Under the pieces are notes generated by a model. It was not told the DNA's origin and made no database searches. It saw only the letters and a list, made by a program, of their open reading frames with translations. The position numbers were made by a program, and so were the translations under genes. 64,000 nucleotides of DNA from Squalus acanthias (Eukaryota), in NCBI GenBank assembly GCA_030390025.1, contig CM059432.1, forward strand, positions 2,480,001-2,544,000, given 5' to 3'. The stretch's first letter is position 1. Each line of letters opens with the position of its first letter. Shown in pieces: positions 59,701 to 64,000 of this stretch.

Positions 59701-62247
59701 TGTTACACAATCAGTTGGGAATTCCATTTTTGAAGTAGAACTACAATTTTGTGAACAGTCACAGTGCGTTAATTGGGCAACGGACTGCTGAGAGAATCAC
59801 ACACACACTCTAACAGAATAGATGCGGAGAGGCTGCTGAGTATATTCAAGGCTGAGATCGTGGCTCAACGCTGCCCGAGAGTAACGAGGGATTAGCAAAA
59901 AAATGTCATGGTGCTTGTCATCACCCAGGAACAAATTTAATTAAAAAAAAGAACTGATTTAGAAGCCCTGCCCATGCCTACTCGGTCATAGCAAGGAAAA
60001 AGCAAATTCGGAAACATGCCCCTTTGTTGAGTCATTCCTTTGCTCAGAATCTTTTGGCTGGGTAAGCTATCTGTTCACTGCGGCGCTGTTCAACTTTAGC
60101 GCGTGGGATCCTTGCATGCTCGGGAACACGTGCCCCCCACAGTGCAGAGCGGCACACACTGTGGGCGGGGCGTCTTCTGCGTCACTCTGTGATACGGCAA
60201 AGCCGGTCGCCCAGCGAAATCACGTCACTGAAGTGAGAGTGCGGGATAGTGCGATCGTGCAGAATGGACTCCTGCCAGATGGGAGTTTAGGATGTTAGCT
60301 GGAATCGAACCAGCCAGCACTGCGCCTAATGGAAACGAGCTGCGTGACCTGTACGAATGAACACTATTCGCAATGACCTAGCAGTAAAGACAGAAATGGG
60401 AACAAAAGGAGAGAAGGCACGTGTTTGTGTCAATCAAATATCTGCAAAGTCGCATTCCCTCCTCTTCCACCCACACCCCCCCGCTCCCAAAACAGCAATT
60501 TCAACATGGGAGGGGGGCATTAAAGCTTTAGGCAATAGTTGGCCACCAAGTGTCAATTAATGTTCGCCAAGGTGCGAGAAATGCAAAGGGTTGAAGGAAA
60601 TGTACACAATAAAAAATAAAAGTTTGGCATAAATAATGGAAGAAAACATAGCCACAGACTTTAACCTTCAGGCTTGGGAGTCACAATATCTCGGAGTCAT
60701 TTGATTTGATTCTAGAAATGACTCCTTATCGTTCTGCCAGTAATATTTAGTAAAGTCTTCTAACTATAGTGTCCATAATCACTTTCACTTGAAGCAAAAG
60801 CATTGTTGAGTTTGTGGAACAGTCTTGGGGCGAAAACCTACGAGTCATACATAGTCTAGCAAGAAAGGAAAATATTATTTCATATCTCTAACAGATGATG
60901 CTTCAACATCTCAGCTCCTTGATATCTTCATCAAAAAAATCCCAGCGCCCTCAAGAGAAGGTGAACGAGGCTGATGGGAACAAGATGATGCCTGGCGAAA
61001 GGAAGCAAGTTGGAGAGCCTGAAGACATGGAATCCAAGGTCCAGATCTTGCACAGTGCTGTCGAGGGTTCCACCACATGGCAGGATCCTCCATGAGGTCC
61101 TCTCTAGATCGTGCTGTACAAAGCAGAGAGAGAGTCTACCATGGAAAGATCGGGCCACAGTGTACGAGTGCCGGTCTTCAATCACCCTCGCCACATACCC
61201 AGAAAAAAACCGAGGGGGCATTTGGTCTACTTTTATCAAGTTATCCGAGATGTAGAACCCAAAGTGCGCAAGTGACATGACCGGATTGGATAACTGGCGG
61301 AAATAGGCAGGACACAATGGCAGGTGGATCTTCTAGTTAATCTGGTGACCACACTGGTCAGAAACAAGCAACGCTTCCCCCTTGCAGCTCCAGGAAGTTG
61401 CAGTTCTGTGATTCCCTACCCACCCCGTTGAGAGTCTTTTTGAAGTGTTGGTTAGAGGGCCGTCGCGCTCCTCTGCGGCTGATGGGCCACGTCTAGAAAT
61501 GTGATCGTCTGGGTGATCCCTTTGAGTGACCACGATCTTCCCGAGCTCTGCGGCCAATTCACTGCAAGTCCTGCGGAGATAACAGACACACTGTTTCAGA
61601 CACTGGGTTAAAACCGATTGGATTCCTCGCTGAATGTGTGTGTGTTCACACAGTAATGCTGCTTCTTTTAAAAGATAAACTTTATTAACTTTTTTCACAA
61701 AGTAACATGATGAGGATAACTACTCTGTTCGTATATACTGAAATAAAAGAATGATTTACATTTACCTGTGAAATTTTAAGGTGGTCTTTGACTAAATGGT
61801 TTCTTTTCACCTCTTCTGTGGCCAGTGCCTATTTGCCCCTCCTCCAAGCCAGCTCTCCAGATCATACAGATTGGAATCCTGCATGCTTGCTTACCCTTTT
61901 ATTGTTCCAACTCTTAACAGTTTCAGCAATCTTCTGTCACACGCGTCTCTCTTTCACCCTCCTCCGGGTCCTGTTTCCATTAGGACACGGAGACTCGGTA
62001 ATCTGCACTCTCAATTATCACAGAGAACCTTTGGTGGGAGTCGGGACTTAAGTTTTTGCAAAAACAAACTTAAGATGCAATTTTTTTCCCCCCTTTCCCT
62101 TCAAACTCCTGGGTTCTTGATCTATCGGGATTTCCAGTGTCCATCTGAACGGGCAGGTCCGGTAGTTCGCTTTTTTGGTCAGGAGACTTCTTCGACAGCA
62201 CCTCCCAAATCTGCGACCAACTACTGCTTTCATAGGAAGGGAAGAGC

Positions 62248-62580
62248 TTACAATGAGACGTCTAGTTTGGCTCTCCATGCGCTGGCCTCCTGAGATGCCG
62301 AGTGGAGAAATGAGGTGCCTCCAACGACAGATCTCAGTGGGCAGGTTGACGTGATGTGTTCCACGGTCTGGGACTCACGGCCACAGTCGCGCTTCAGGTC
62401 GCCCCTCATCTTCCACTTGTGGAGCGGGTGGCCACATCGCGGATTGGGTAGAGCGCTGTCCGCTGTCTTCGAGGGAGGTCGAAGCCAGGGACCTCTGCTG
62501 TTGGGTCAGTGATGAGGTGCTGGTTCTTCATGTTGCCGTGCACCCAAGGATTCCGCCCATCGGGAACAGTGGATCGATTC
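62248..62580 (-). pseudogene. Vingi/Ingi-like non-LTR retrotransposon C-terminal remnant
   Basis: Manual translation with one frameshift: HLITDPTAEVPGFDLPRRQRTAL..RCGHPLHKWKMRGDLKRDCGRESQTVEHITSTCPLRSVVGGTSFLHSASQEASAWRAKLDVSL*; degenerate CCHC knuckle. Confidence 0.6.
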
Positions 62581-62611
62581 CAGCTGCAGGAATATTACCT
62601 GCTGTTTCCCA

Positions 62612-63595
62612 GAATTTTTTTTTAAATTTCATTCATGGGATGTGGGCGTCGCTGGCAAGGCCAGCATTTATTGCCCATCCCTAATTGCCCCTGGAGAAGG
62701 TGGTGGTGAGCCACCTTCTTGAACCGCTGCAGTCCGTGTGGTGAAGGTGCTCCCACAGTGCTGTTAGGGAGGGAGTTCCAGGATTTTGACCCAGCGACGA
62801 TGAAGGAACGGCCGATATATTTCCAAGTCAGGATGGTGTGTGACTTGGAAGGGAACTTGGAGGTGGTGGTGTTCCCATGCGCCTGCTACTCTTGTCCTTC
62901 TAAGTGGTAGAGGTCGCAGGTTTGGGAGGTGCTGCCGAAGAAGCCTTGGCGAGTTGCTGCAGTGCATCTTGTAGATGGTACACACTGCAGCTACGGTGCA
63001 CCGGTGGTGGAGGGAGTGAATATTTAAGGTGGTGGATGGGGTGTCAATCAAGCGGGCTGCTTTGTCCTGGATGGTGTTGAGCTTCTTCAGTGTTGTTGGA
63101 GCTGCACTCATCCAGGCAAGTGGAGAGTATTCCATCACACTCCTTACTTGTGCCTTGTAGATGGTGGAAAGGCTTTGGGGAGTCAAGAGGCGAGACATTT
63201 GCTGCAGAATACCTAGCCTCTGACCTGCTCTTGTTGCCACAGTATTTATGTGGCTGGTCCAGTTAAGTTTCTGGTCAATGGTGACCCCCAGGATGCTGAT
63301 GGTGAGGGATCCTGCGATGGTAATGCCGCTGAATGTCAAGGGGCGGTGGTAAGACGCTCGCTTGTTGGAGATAGTCATTGCCTGGCACTTGTGTGGCGCG
63401 AATGTTACCTGCCACTTATCAGCCCAAGCCTGTATGTTGTCCGGGTCTTGCTGCATGCGGGCATGGACTGCTTCATTATCTGAGGAGTTGCGAATGGCGC
63501 TGAACACTGTGCAGTCATCAGCGAAAATCCCCACTAGTGACCTTATGATGGAGGGCAGGTCATTGATGAAACAGCTGAAGATGGTTTGGCCGAGG
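62612..63595 (-). mobile_element. Second CR1-group family RT C-terminal fragment
   Basis: ORF 62764-63534 with FADDCT, YKAQVRSVMEY. Confidence 0.88.
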
Positions 63596-63603
63596 GCACT
63601 GCC

Positions 63604-64000
63604 CTATCCCCATATTCCTTGATTCCCCTAGAGTCCAAAAATCTATCGATCTCAGCCTTGAATATACTCAACGACTGAGCACCCACAGCCCTTTGGGGTA
63701 GAGAATTCCAAAGATTCACAACCCTCTGAGTGAAGATATTCCTCCTCATCTCAGTCTTAAATAGCTGACCCCTTATCCGGAGACCATGCCCCCTATATGC
63801 AGGACTACAGGGAAAGGGCGGGAGAGTGGGACTAGCGGCGGTGATCTTGCAGAGAGCCGGCACGGGTTTGATGGGCCGAATGGCTTCCTACTGTGCTGTA
63901 ACCATTCTATTTTATGATTTCTAGACTCTCCAGCCAGGGGGAAACAACCTCTCAGCATCTACCCTGTCAAACCCCCTCAGAATCTTCTATGTTTCAATGA
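63604..64000 (-). mobile_element. CR1 fragments to window end
   Basis: TEMRRNIFTQRVVNLWNSLP motif. Confidence 0.8.

Overview
This is repeat-dense eukaryotic genomic DNA, almost certainly from an elasmobranch (shark/ray), judged from its CR1/HER1-type LINEs, L2 3' ends, tRNA-derived DeuSINE (SacSINE1-like) copies and an HE1 V-SINE. No host protein-coding gene could be identified with confidence; most of the listed ORFs are LINE fragments or their antisense shadows. The standout is a full-length 4.3-kb PIF/Harbinger DNA transposon (9157-13458) with TIRs, a 3-bp TSD and subterminal motif arrays. It carries an intact DDE transposase and a convergent 3-exon Myb/SANT gene with one internal stop. 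Other notable items: a probable full-length MER121-like ancient element; minimal hammerhead-ribozyme motifs in two Penelope-like repeat families; a Vingi/Ingi-like LINE remnant; a Tx1 remnant; a hAT MITE family with 8-bp TSDs; two nearly identical young CR1 copies; a 1.5-kb imperfect palindrome; a local duplication; and a 33-bp minisatellite born inside a SINE. Family names rest on motif recognition and memory of consensus sequences, not on database searches, and repeat boundaries are approximate unless TIR/TSD coordinates are given.
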